NCBI GenBank assembly: GCA_958296135.2
Contig: CATQHZ020000001.1
Location: forward strand, 1,760,001 to 1,824,000
Length of the DNA stretch: 64,000 nt
Source: an uncultured Poribacteria bacterium
GTDB lineage: Bacteria; Poribacteria; WGA-4E; WGA-3G
Reading direction: 5' to 3'
A program made the position numbers and the translations under genes. A model generated the notes under the pieces. The model saw nothing but the letters and a program-made list of their open reading frames with translations. It made no database searches and had not been told where the DNA came from. Positions 9,350-17,619 of this stretch are shown piece after piece. Each line of letters opens with the position of its first letter. Positions within the stretch are counted from its first letter, which is position 1.

Positions 9350-9544
9350 TTACCGGGTTCGTTCTGCGTCCCTCTTGTTAAATAGGCGAGGTTTTGGCAA
9401 GCCGGCTTCAAAAAGATAGGCAAGCTTGGTAAATACAGCACGCTCGCCTGATGAACTATTAACGAACACGAGGAAAAAGTGACTTTCCGGCGTAAATTCG
9501 TAGTCAAAGATCGAGTTGAGATTGGCATCCAGATAAGTGTGCAT
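9350..9544 (-). CDS. Hypothetical 64-aa protein (MHTYLDANLNSIFDYEF...)
   Basis: GGAGAG 6 nt before ATG; globular-looking composition; co-oriented with neighbours. Confidence 0.35.
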   Translation of the reverse strand: MHTYLDANLNSIFDYEFTPESHFFLVFVNSSSGERAVFTKLAYLFEAGLPKPRLFNKRDAERTR

Positions 9545-9809
9545 AACCATCTCTCCAATTGAGAAGTTGTCATTTCTTCCTCGGTATGAACTTCTGTCTT
9601 TCGGGCTCGTCTAATACCAAATTCAGTCGATTTTTCTGGGGCTGTCATCCCCAGTTTTCCGCTGTCGTTTGGGCTCGCCCTGCTTCGCAGGAAACCCGAA
9701 CGGTGGACATCTCGGCAGCGAGGCTGCAGAGATGACAAAGTTGAGCATGCCGGTCAAGAGCCGGCGCATCTCCCCCTACAGAGACGATACGAATCAAGTT
9801 AATTTCATA

Positions 9810-10640
9810 TTACAGCCCCAATTCTATCAATTCATGGAGAGGCGCGGTGAGACGCGGCGGAGGCGCACCCAGGTCGGGCGCAACACCGCTCTCCCATTCA
9901 CCCCGGTCGAGCCCCATCGTATAGTGTGGCTCAGTCTCATCTGTGTAACTGAGGTACCGGAGCCCCGTATTCTCAAAACAAGTGAGCGCGGCATCGTTAT
10001 CTGACGGCACCTGTAGCGTGATGCGCGTCGCATCCAAGTCCTCAAACGCAAGACGGACTGCCTCGCGCATCACATCAGTGCCGTAGCCGCGGCCGCGGTA
10101 ATCCGGCCGAATCACAACGAGCACCACAACAGCAGCATCTCCCTCACAGCGGAGCAGAAGAAACCCGATAAGGACTTTTGTCCGTCGGATCTGAATTGAG
10201 AAGGCGTGGGTATGTGGCACAGTTAGCCAATGGTGCCAGTCTGCTGCAAGGGTTTCAAACGGCACGCGCGCTGGATATAGGATTTCCCGGAGTCCCGGAC
10301 GATTAATCCAGTTCCAAATTCGGCGGAGTTCGTTTTTCTCAGTGGGAGAGAGACGGATGCCGCCGCCTCGGCGGCGTTCTAATTCTCGCAATTCGCTGTG
10401 CAGGCTTTCCAATTGCGCGGCATGCATGCCGATTTGCGCGCCAGCGGCGCGGACTTTCCGTTGATTCGGCCGCTCCATGTATCGCGCTTTCTTCACCTGA
10501 TTTTGAAAGTAGACCAGCTTCTGCTCGCTTTTCTCAATGATCTGGTGCATGTTCTGAATTGCTTCATCCCACTTCTTCACCTCAGCGTCTTCGTCGCCGC
10601 TCTTTTCGGGGCCCGCGTTTTCTCTCTGAGGTTCGTTCAT
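9810..10640 (-). CDS. GNAT N-acetyltransferase with N-terminal coiled coil
   Basis: IRPDYRGRGYG acetyl-CoA motif, N..AL..FE..G; AAGGAGG SD before MNEPQ. Confidence 0.8.
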   Translation of the reverse strand: MNEPQRENAGPEKSGDEDAEVKKWDEAIQNMHQIIEKSEQKLVYFQNQVKKARYMERPNQRKVRAAGAQIGMHAAQLESLHSELRELERRRGGGIRLSPTEKNELRRIWNWINRPGLREILYPARVPFETLAADWHHWLTVPHTHAFSIQIRRTKVLIGFLLLRCEGDAAVVVLVVIRPDYRGRGYGTDVMREAVRLAFEDLDATRITLQVPSDNDAALTCFENTGLRYLSYTDETEPHYTMGLDRGEWESGVAPDLGAPPPRLTAPLHELIELGL

Positions 10641-11571
10641 ATCTTCCCTCCTTAAATCCGGAGATGCGGAGATAACTCTCATATCGCATCGGTGCGATGT
10701 CGCCAACTTCAACGGCACGTTTGACTGCACACGCGGGTTCATGCCGGTGCGTGCACGCTGCGAACTTGCACTCTGGGATATACGGCCGCATCTCCGGGAA
10801 ATGGATATCCACTCCCTGTTCCTCGTCAATCTCCAGCAAGCCGAGGGTGCGGATGCCCGGCGTATCCGCGACGAACCCGCCGAATTCCAGCGGCAGCAGC
10901 ATGACTTCTGTCGTCGTATGCCGCCCTTTGTGGATGCGTTCGTCCACCTCGCCGATGCGCAGGTGGAGGCCCGGTTGCAGCGCATTGAGCAGCGAGGATT
11001 TGCCCACTCCCGATGAACCGACAATCGCCGAGATTTTATGCTGCATCACGGCGCGCAACTTTTCAATGCCGAAACCTGTCACGGTACTGGTATAAACCAC
11101 CGTATAGCCTAATTCTTCATATAATTTGAGTTCTCGCTGCACATTCTCCAACTTCGCCAAATCAAGTTTGTTAATACAGATGACCGGCTCTACTCCCGAT
11201 GCCTCCGCGGTGACGAGAAACCGGTCGAGCATCCGCAGTTTCAGCGTCGGATGCCGCGCCGCGAAGATAATGAGCAGCATTTCAAGGTTGGCGACAATCA
11301 CTTGCCGCCGCCCATCCATGCGCGTCCTGCCAAATTGCGTCTCGCGCGGGAGACACGCCTCAATGTAACCACCATCCGAGGTAGATGCAGCAACGGAAAT
11401 ACGCACCCGGTCGCCTACCGCGACGAGTTCAACGAACGGCATCTCTTTCGTTTCAGCGAGCCGCCGCTTTTCCGCTTCAATGAGGTGGTAGCGCAAGGTG
11501 CAAGTATAACACCGCTTGCCAACCTGCACTTCGTACGCGCTACCCCGCGCTTTGATGACAACGCCTTCCAT
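10582..11571 (-). CDS. rsgA: Ribosome small subunit-dependent GTPase A
   Basis: Circularly permuted NKLD / GSSGVGKSS / GRHTTT / DTPG; zinc motif CKFAACTHRHEPAC. Confidence 0.95.
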   Translation of the reverse strand: MEGVVIKARGSAYEVQVGKRCYTCTLRYHLIEAEKRRLAETKEMPFVELVAVGDRVRISVAASTSDGGYIEACLPRETQFGRTRMDGRRQVIVANLEMLLIIFAARHPTLKLRMLDRFLVTAEASGVEPVICINKLDLAKLENVQRELKLYEELGYTVVYTSTVTGFGIEKLRAVMQHKISAIVGSSGVGKSSLLNALQPGLHLRIGEVDERIHKGRHTTTEVMLLPLEFGGFVADTPGIRTLGLLEIDEEQGVDIHFPEMRPYIPECKFAACTHRHEPACAVKRAVEVGDIAPMRYESYLRISGFKEGRYERTSERKRGPRKERRRRR

Positions 11572-11729
11572 AGCCTTTCGTCCTAGAATTGCCGCTCAGG
11601 GCTCATAGGCGCGCTTTCAAAGCGCGCCTACCTCATGTTATCAGGCCCTCGCGATGCCAGGCAGCACGCGGGGGACAGCCCCCCGCCCTACGTGACAAGG
11701 GCCCGTAACCTCAGGTTATCGGAGAGCCG

Positions 11730-11984
11730 CTACGCGCCCGGGTTCCGCCAGATGATACGCCCACGCGTCAGGTCATACGGCGATAACTCCACCGTCACCT
11801 GGTCTCCGGGGAGAACCCAGATTTTGTGCTGCACCAGCTTGCCAGCCAGATACGCCACAGCCTTATATTCGTTTTCCAACTTCACACGAAACAGGTTCCC
11901 CGGCAGCGATTCAAGAACCTCTCCAGGGACCCGGATGGCCGTATTTTTCACGGCCTGCTTGCGGGTTACATTTCTATTCTTCAT
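11730..11984 (-). CDS. infA: Translation initiation factor IF-1 (divergent, orphan paralog)
   Basis: GEVLESLPGNLFRVKLEN...PGDQVTVELSPYDLTRGRI; no ribosomal protein operon next to it. Confidence 0.85.
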   Translation of the reverse strand: MKNRNVTRKQAVKNTAIRVPGEVLESLPGNLFRVKLENEYKAVAYLAGKLVQHKIWVLPGDQVTVELSPYDLTRGRIIWRNPGA

Positions 11985-12024
11985 TGTTTCGGTTCCTTTC
12001 GTAATCACACGGGTTTTTAATCTC

Positions 12025-12056
12025 TTCACTTTAACACCTACTTGGATGCATTTTTT
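12025..12056 (-). promoter_or_regulatory. 32-bp element upstream of infA (second copy)
   Basis: AAAAAATGCATCCAAGTAGGTGTTAAAGTGAA; matches 9238-9269. Confidence 0.6.
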
Positions 12057-12258
12057 AACGTAACTTTCAATAAAAACGTTGACCTCTGTTTGCAAAACTG
12101 TTAAAATAAATTAGATTTTACGCGGACTAACTCCGGTAGGCGCGGTTTGAAACAGCACCTACCGGGAGAGAATTAAGGCGTTCGCGTAAGGCCCGATAAA
12201 TAAGCATTCAGAAAAATATAAGGGCGGCACCTCAGGCTGTCCGCAACGATGGAGGAAA

Positions 12259-13068
12259 ATGTCAATGTCTCAAGCCTTACCGCTTACCGCCTACACCGAA
12301 TTGGCACAGCAGGTTACGGCGATGGAAGAGGACGGCTACGCTTACCTGCCAAAGGTTATTGATGACGAGCAACTAGCGGAACTCCGCGATGCTATGGATC
12401 GGCTCACCGCTATCCCCGAAAGTTTCGACCGGCACAGCGTTTCACAGAACGGCGAAGGGTTTCTTAACAAACATATCAACAACGCCTTTAATCGCGACCC
12501 GGTTTTCCTGCAATACCTTGATATGTCACCTGTCATTGAGTTAGCAGAGGCAGTCCACGGCGACGATTGCCACGTCATCGGGATGACCGCGTGGATGACG
12601 GGCCCCGGCCGCCCAGACCAGGGTTTGCACACAGATTGGCTGCCCATCCCGCTTCCGGTAGACGTTTTGGCGGATAAACGCGTGAAGGTGCCAATTTTCA
12701 TCACCACCGCGCACTACTATCTCGATGAGCTCTATGAAGAACTGGGTCCGACGAAGTTCGTCCCGGGCAGCCACCTTTCAGGCAGAAGACCGGATGGCGA
12801 GACAGAGTGGAAGGGTGCACAGGAGAAAAGCATCCTCTGCAATGCCGGCGACGTAGTGATTTTCCGCAGCGAAGTCTGGCACAGAGGCACCGCCAATCAC
12901 AGCAACCAGACCCGGTATTTGTTGCAGGTGCATTACGCGAATCGGATGATAACCCAGAAATTCCCGCCGTATCTGAACCGGTTTCAGTTCGATGAAGCCA
13001 TTCTGGACCAGGCAAACGAACGCCAACAGCGGTTGATGGGCAACCATCGTCCGGGGGCTTACGATTAA
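12259..13068 (+). CDS. Phytanoyl-CoA dioxygenase (PhyH) family protein
   Basis: EDGY, LHTD, VPGSH, GDVVIF..EVWHRG..N. Confidence 0.9.
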   Translation: MSMSQALPLTAYTELAQQVTAMEEDGYAYLPKVIDDEQLAELRDAMDRLTAIPESFDRHSVSQNGEGFLNKHINNAFNRDPVFLQYLDMSPVIELAEAVHGDDCHVIGMTAWMTGPGRPDQGLHTDWLPIPLPVDVLADKRVKVPIFITTAHYYLDELYEELGPTKFVPGSHLSGRRPDGETEWKGAQEKSILCNAGDVVIFRSEVWHRGTANHSNQTRYLLQVHYANRMITQKFPPYLNRFQFDEAILDQANERQQRLMGNHRPGAYD

Positions 13069-13187
13069 GCATCGCTCAGTACCGTAGCGCGAGGGAAAAC
13101 CTATCCCTCGCGATGCTCCGGTGATGGCGGGGGACAGGCCCCGCCCTACGGGCTAAGGGCCGTTATCGCCTATCTACACGAACATCT

Positions 13188-14120
13188 ATGAAAAAAACGG
13201 CACAACTTTACATCAGAAGCGAGGAGCCAACCGGCAAAATCATCGTCCTCTCGCTGGTTCTCGCTGTCCTTTGGGGTGGGAATTCGCTCTCAATCAAAAT
13301 CAGTCTACAAGATTTGCCGCCCCTAGGACTTGCATTCCTGCGCTTTGGATTAGGGTTAATCGCCGTTGGCGGCTGGGCATTTTACCGTGGCATCTCCCTG
13401 AGGCCGCGCCGCGGTGAATTGCCCAAACTGCTCGTGCTCGCGGCCATTTTTTTGATGCAGGTTGTCGCGCTGAACGTCGGCACGCACTTCACGACTGCCT
13501 CGCGCTCAACGATTTTCATCAACGCGTATCCGTTTTTCACTGCACTGTTTGCGCACCTCTGGATACCGAGTGAACGGCTCACTGTGCCAAAAACGCTCGG
13601 CATTTTGGTGGCGTTCATCGGTGTTGTCGCCACGGTTGCACCGAGCTTGCAAGAAGGGTTCACGGCAACGGAAGGCGCGCTCGCAAGAACCGCTTTAATC
13701 GGCGACTTGGTGGTGCTTATCAGCGGCGGGTTTTTGGGGCTCCGCGTTGTCGTTACCAAACGGATGATTCAGTCCATTCATCCGTATCGACTGCTCGTTT
13801 GGATGTTGATGCTGGGGTTACCGTGCTTTTTAACGCTGAGTTTGCTGTTAGAGCGCGGCGAAACTTTCCAATGGACTACGCCGGGGGTTGCCGCGCTCTT
13901 CTATCAAGGATGGGTTATCGCCGGTGCCTGCTACCTCGCGTGGACGACGATTTTGGAACGCTACAGCGCGAGCAAACTCGTCGTGCTCTTTTTCGCCACG
14001 CCATTGGCAGGTGTGTTATTGAGCCATCTGCTGATGGGTGATGAATTGACGTTGAGTCTGTTAGTCGGCTCGGTGTTGGTAGCGGGAGGGATTTATCTCG
14101 TGAATATCCGACGGCGTTGA
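13188..14120 (+). CDS. EamA/DMT family transporter
   Basis: About 10 TM segments, LWG, LRF, duplicated EamA pattern. Confidence 0.9.
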   Translation: MKKTAQLYIRSEEPTGKIIVLSLVLAVLWGGNSLSIKISLQDLPPLGLAFLRFGLGLIAVGGWAFYRGISLRPRRGELPKLLVLAAIFLMQVVALNVGTHFTTASRSTIFINAYPFFTALFAHLWIPSERLTVPKTLGILVAFIGVVATVAPSLQEGFTATEGALARTALIGDLVVLISGGFLGLRVVVTKRMIQSIHPYRLLVWMLMLGLPCFLTLSLLLERGETFQWTTPGVAALFYQGWVIAGACYLAWTTILERYSASKLVVLFFATPLAGVLLSHLLMGDELTLSLLVGSVLVAGGIYLVNIRRR

Positions 14121-14210
14121 CGCGCCGAGAACAGCCCGGCGCGGGACAGGCCCTCGCGAGCACTCGCGTACCCCCAGCAGCACAACGAAATGAAAACGCC
14201 TAAGCCGCAA

Positions 14211-15260
14211 TTATTGTTCCAGATAATTCTCATTAATATAGCGCGCGATCTGCTCAATTTCCGGCTCTTCTAAATAAAGCCCGTGCTCTATCATTCGCGT
14301 AATCACCTCGGTTGTTTCCTCTTCAGAGCGCGGTGGGTAATCCTCAACATCGGTAATCGGATGGCACTGCGAGCACTTGTCCTCAAACAACACCTTCGCC
14401 GCTGCCGCATCGTAGGTATCGGGAGTCTCCTCGGTTGCCATCACGAGTGCAGCGGTTTGCACGGCAGCCTTCGCTTCATCTGCCTGCATCTGTTGCTGCC
14501 GCTGCTGCTTCACCGAGGTCTGGATATCCGGCGTAATAGCGATGAGATAGGCTGATACGCTCCACTCCTCTTCACGGTGAATTGGTTCCCCGATAACCGG
14601 TTTCATCGCCATGCGGTTGACAAGGCGCACCCAGTCCGGCGGCGTGCGCGGCTTCGCCAGAATCGTGCGCAAATCGTGACAGACGACGCATTTGCGCTGC
14701 AAGACTTTCTGCCCATCCTGTAACTTCCGCTTTGAAGCGAGCTCATCAAGCGGTGTATCAGGCGGTAACCCGGCGGTTTCAAGCAATTGGCGCGTGCGCG
14801 CGATGCCCTCCTCACTAAACGCGCCTGTCTGTGTCCGCAACGCGGCCTCCCGGAAGGTAAACGGCACTGATAACCCGATCAGGAGATAAGTGCAGAGTAA
14901 CAGTGCCGTGCCGAGGTAAGGCATCGACTCCTCAAAGTGCCGGAAGAACCGCAGGATAGCGATTTTGACGAGGATCAGCACGCCAATCGTAATGCCGAGC
15001 ATCAGATGTGCGACGGTGCGCGGCGGCAACTCCACTTGGTAATTCCACAGCCGCGGCACCATGTGCCACATCATAAAAACATAGAGTAGCGCATACGCAT
15101 AACCAATGAGCCGATGCAGGAGCATCAGCGATGGCGGTGCCTCACTGGTGCGCGTCGCTTTGTCAAACGGGTAGCCCCACAACTTGAACATCAAAAAAAC
15201 GGACGCATTGGCAAGCCCCAGAAAAACGAGCCCCAACAGCGCGCTGAGTGAAGTAGACAT
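14211..15260 (-). CDS. Membrane protein (4 TM) with two c-type heme motifs
   Basis: CVVCH and CSQCH; N-terminal TM helices with LHR..GY and AH His residues. Confidence 0.75.
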   Translation of the reverse strand: MSTSLSALLGLVFLGLANASVFLMFKLWGYPFDKATRTSEAPPSLMLLHRLIGYAYALLYVFMMWHMVPRLWNYQVELPPRTVAHLMLGITIGVLILVKIAILRFFRHFEESMPYLGTALLLCTYLLIGLSVPFTFREAALRTQTGAFSEEGIARTRQLLETAGLPPDTPLDELASKRKLQDGQKVLQRKCVVCHDLRTILAKPRTPPDWVRLVNRMAMKPVIGEPIHREEEWSVSAYLIAITPDIQTSVKQQRQQQMQADEAKAAVQTAALVMATEETPDTYDAAAAKVLFEDKCSQCHPITDVEDYPPRSEEETTEVITRMIEHGLYLEEPEIEQIARYINENYLEQ

Positions 15261-15438
15261 ATTGAATTCTCCTTCCTTAACTTATACCTAATTCATTTGA
15301 TTCGGCTCACATCTGTAGGAAAACCAGATCGCCCGAGTTTGACCAGGGTGATTCAGTTTTCCCCTGCTGTAGTTCGGGCTCGTTTGGCACGGGTGCCTGA
15401 GCTTCAGACGAGCCCGAACTCCTCAGGTTCATTGGGTG

Positions 15439-16236
15439 TTATTCTAAAAACGGCCGGTTTAAGCGGGAATGATACGGCGGTTCCATGACAGCCCGCTGAC
15501 GTTCGTTCGCCCACTCCGGCACTGGAGATGCGGGCACATACGCCATATTGCCCGCGGTGTAGCGCGTCAAAATGGAGCGGCGCGGATGCGCTGCTGTCCA
15601 CGGCAGCGTCCCGTGCGTCACCGCCTCCGTGAAAATCACGACATCCCCCGCGTTGCACACAACCTGCCGGATATGCTCCTGGTGCTTCTGATACAGGCGC
15701 ATCTCTTGCGGACAACGGTAGTTGCTCTTATGGCTGCCGGGGATAACGATGAGCCCCCCGGCCCCGGGCGGCACCTCGGTCAACTGAAACGTCACCACTG
15801 TCAAGCCGTTGTGCATCCGTCCGTCCCGAAAGATGTAATACTGATTCGGATCGAAGCCGGGCCCGGAGGAACCGTGGAAAATGAAGCCCTCCGCGCCTTT
15901 GGCCATTGAAATCAGGAACATCTGATGATCCATGCGGAAACCCTTGCCCAATATCACGTTGAGATAGGGGACAAGCGTCGGATGCGCCAGCATGTGCCGG
16001 AACGGATCGCACCACGGTGCCTCCCAGCCGAGCATTCCGCCCAATTCGCCGCGCCCTTCTGTGCCACTCAACTCCGGTGAACCGCCATCAAGCGTTTGCT
16101 CAGGAGGACGAATTCGGCCTTGGTGGCTGTGCCTATCGATAGCTTCGTTAGCGAGTGCCACCTCTTCCGGCGTTAGCACATCTTTAATCACAAGGTAGCC
16201 GTTCAAGTCAAAGAGATATTTTTCATCGGCGTTCAT
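15439..16236 (-). CDS. PhyH family Fe/2OG dioxygenase with atypical H-G-S motif
   Basis: FDLNGY, IPGSHK, GDVVIF, THG; FHGS where HxD is expected. Confidence 0.85.
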   Translation of the reverse strand: MNADEKYLFDLNGYLVIKDVLTPEEVALANEAIDRHSHQGRIRPPEQTLDGGSPELSGTEGRGELGGMLGWEAPWCDPFRHMLAHPTLVPYLNVILGKGFRMDHQMFLISMAKGAEGFIFHGSSGPGFDPNQYYIFRDGRMHNGLTVVTFQLTEVPPGAGGLIVIPGSHKSNYRCPQEMRLYQKHQEHIRQVVCNAGDVVIFTEAVTHGTLPWTAAHPRRSILTRYTAGNMAYVPASPVPEWANERQRAVMEPPYHSRLNRPFLE

Positions 16237-16299
16237 CTTTGGTTCTCCTTATGGCTTTCATTGCCACGTCGGGCGCGGGCTTGTGCCTCGCCTTGAGCT

Positions 16300-16374
16300 C
16301 GCGGGGGACAGTGGACATCTCTGCAGCCTCGCCGCAGAGATGACAAAGTTTCGGCGTAACGGCCCCCGCGCTAC
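16300..16374 (-). repeat. REP family B with a 50-bp palindromic cassette in its loop
   Basis: GTAGCGCGGGGGCC|50 bp|TGTCCCCCGCG; same architecture at 40000-40071. Confidence 0.85.
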
Positions 16375-16408
16375 GGGCACCGTCGCGTCTTTTCAAATTC
16401 ATTAGGTA

Positions 16409-17536
16409 TTACACCGCATAGGCAACCGAACCGTCTTCTCGCAACGGCGTTGTGCCGGTGTTCATCGGTTGATAGGGGGTCTCCGCAATCAGACTATCGT
16501 CCAATTCAATGCCCAAACCCGGTGCCTCTGGAATGGGGATATAGCCGCCTTCGCGCTGATAGGCCACTTTGAAGACAGCGAAGTCCGAAGATTCGTCTGC
16601 CTTAGTGTATTCCTGCGTGATGAAATTCGGGATGCTGGTATCCAAGTGTAGCGAAGCCGCCGTGATGAGCGGACCGAGGAAGTTATGCGTAACCACCGCG
16701 CTGTGATACGCTTCCGCAATCGCCGCAATCTTCTTGCAGTGTGTTAAACCGCCGGCTAATCCGACATCGGGCCGGACATACTGCGGTCCGCCAGCCTCTA
16801 GCAATTCACGGAATTCCCAGATAGTTGTAAACCGCTCACCGTTGCCGACGGGGCTCGTCATCCGTTTCGCGAGCTCCGCCTGCGTCTTGATAGTATCGAT
16901 TTGAATCGGGTCTTCAACGAAATAGAGGTTAAACGGAGCGAGTGCCGATTCCAATACGATGCTGTTCATCGGTGTGAGTTTCCGATGCACCTCAATGATG
17001 AGATCCAGATCTGGGCCGCCGCCTTCGCGCGCCGCGGCAACCAGGTCGCGAGCAGTTTTGACGAGTCTATCCACCGCCATATCCTGAAAACCGCCGACGA
17101 GCGGGTCGAACTTCAGTGCCGTGAAACCTTCTTCAACAGCCGCCTTCGCGGCTTCAAACATCGTCTCCGGCGTATTCCCGCCGCCAAGCAGATGCAAGCG
17201 GATTTTATCACGGCAGTTGCCGCCCAATAATTCCCAAATCGGCACGCCGAAGTGCTTGCCCTTGATGTCCCACAACGCGATATCCACCGCACTGATAGCG
17301 CCGCTGAGCACAGTGCCGCGGAACGGCCCCATCCGATAGAGATACTGCCAGTGGTGTTCAATCCGCAACGGATTCTGCCCGATGAGATATTTCTCAAAGG
17401 TGTTGACGATTTTTTCAACCGCCTCCGGGTAGCCCCAGCACGCGGTCTGCCCCACGCCGCTGATGCCGGTATCCGTATGGATGCGTAGCACATAACCGTT
17501 TCCCATCAGAAACGAATCAATTTTGTCAATTTTCAT
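16409..17536 (-). CDS. Mandelate racemase/enolase family, galactonate dehydratase-like
   Basis: SAVDIALWDIKGK, KFD, EVH, FVEDP, GER, HN, PEAPGLG. Confidence 0.85.
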   Translation of the reverse strand: MKIDKIDSFLMGNGYVLRIHTDTGISGVGQTACWGYPEAVEKIVNTFEKYLIGQNPLRIEHHWQYLYRMGPFRGTVLSGAISAVDIALWDIKGKHFGVPIWELLGGNCRDKIRLHLLGGGNTPETMFEAAKAAVEEGFTALKFDPLVGGFQDMAVDRLVKTARDLVAAAREGGGPDLDLIIEVHRKLTPMNSIVLESALAPFNLYFVEDPIQIDTIKTQAELAKRMTSPVGNGERFTTIWEFRELLEAGGPQYVRPDVGLAGGLTHCKKIAAIAEAYHSAVVTHNFLGPLITAASLHLDTSIPNFITQEYTKADESSDFAVFKVAYQREGGYIPIPEAPGLGIELDDSLIAETPYQPMNTGTTPLREDGSVAYAV

Positions 17537-17619
17537 GTCGTCCTCCTTTCGAGAATCCTATCACAAGCGCGCAAAATTTGCAAGAAAAATGTGTGAAACG
17601 AGGAACGCCGCCCCCACCC

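Noticed and set aside
9313-9738. 141-aa minus-strand ORF
   Set aside because: It starts inside a repeat cassette and lacks protein-like features; the 64-aa frame is more plausible.
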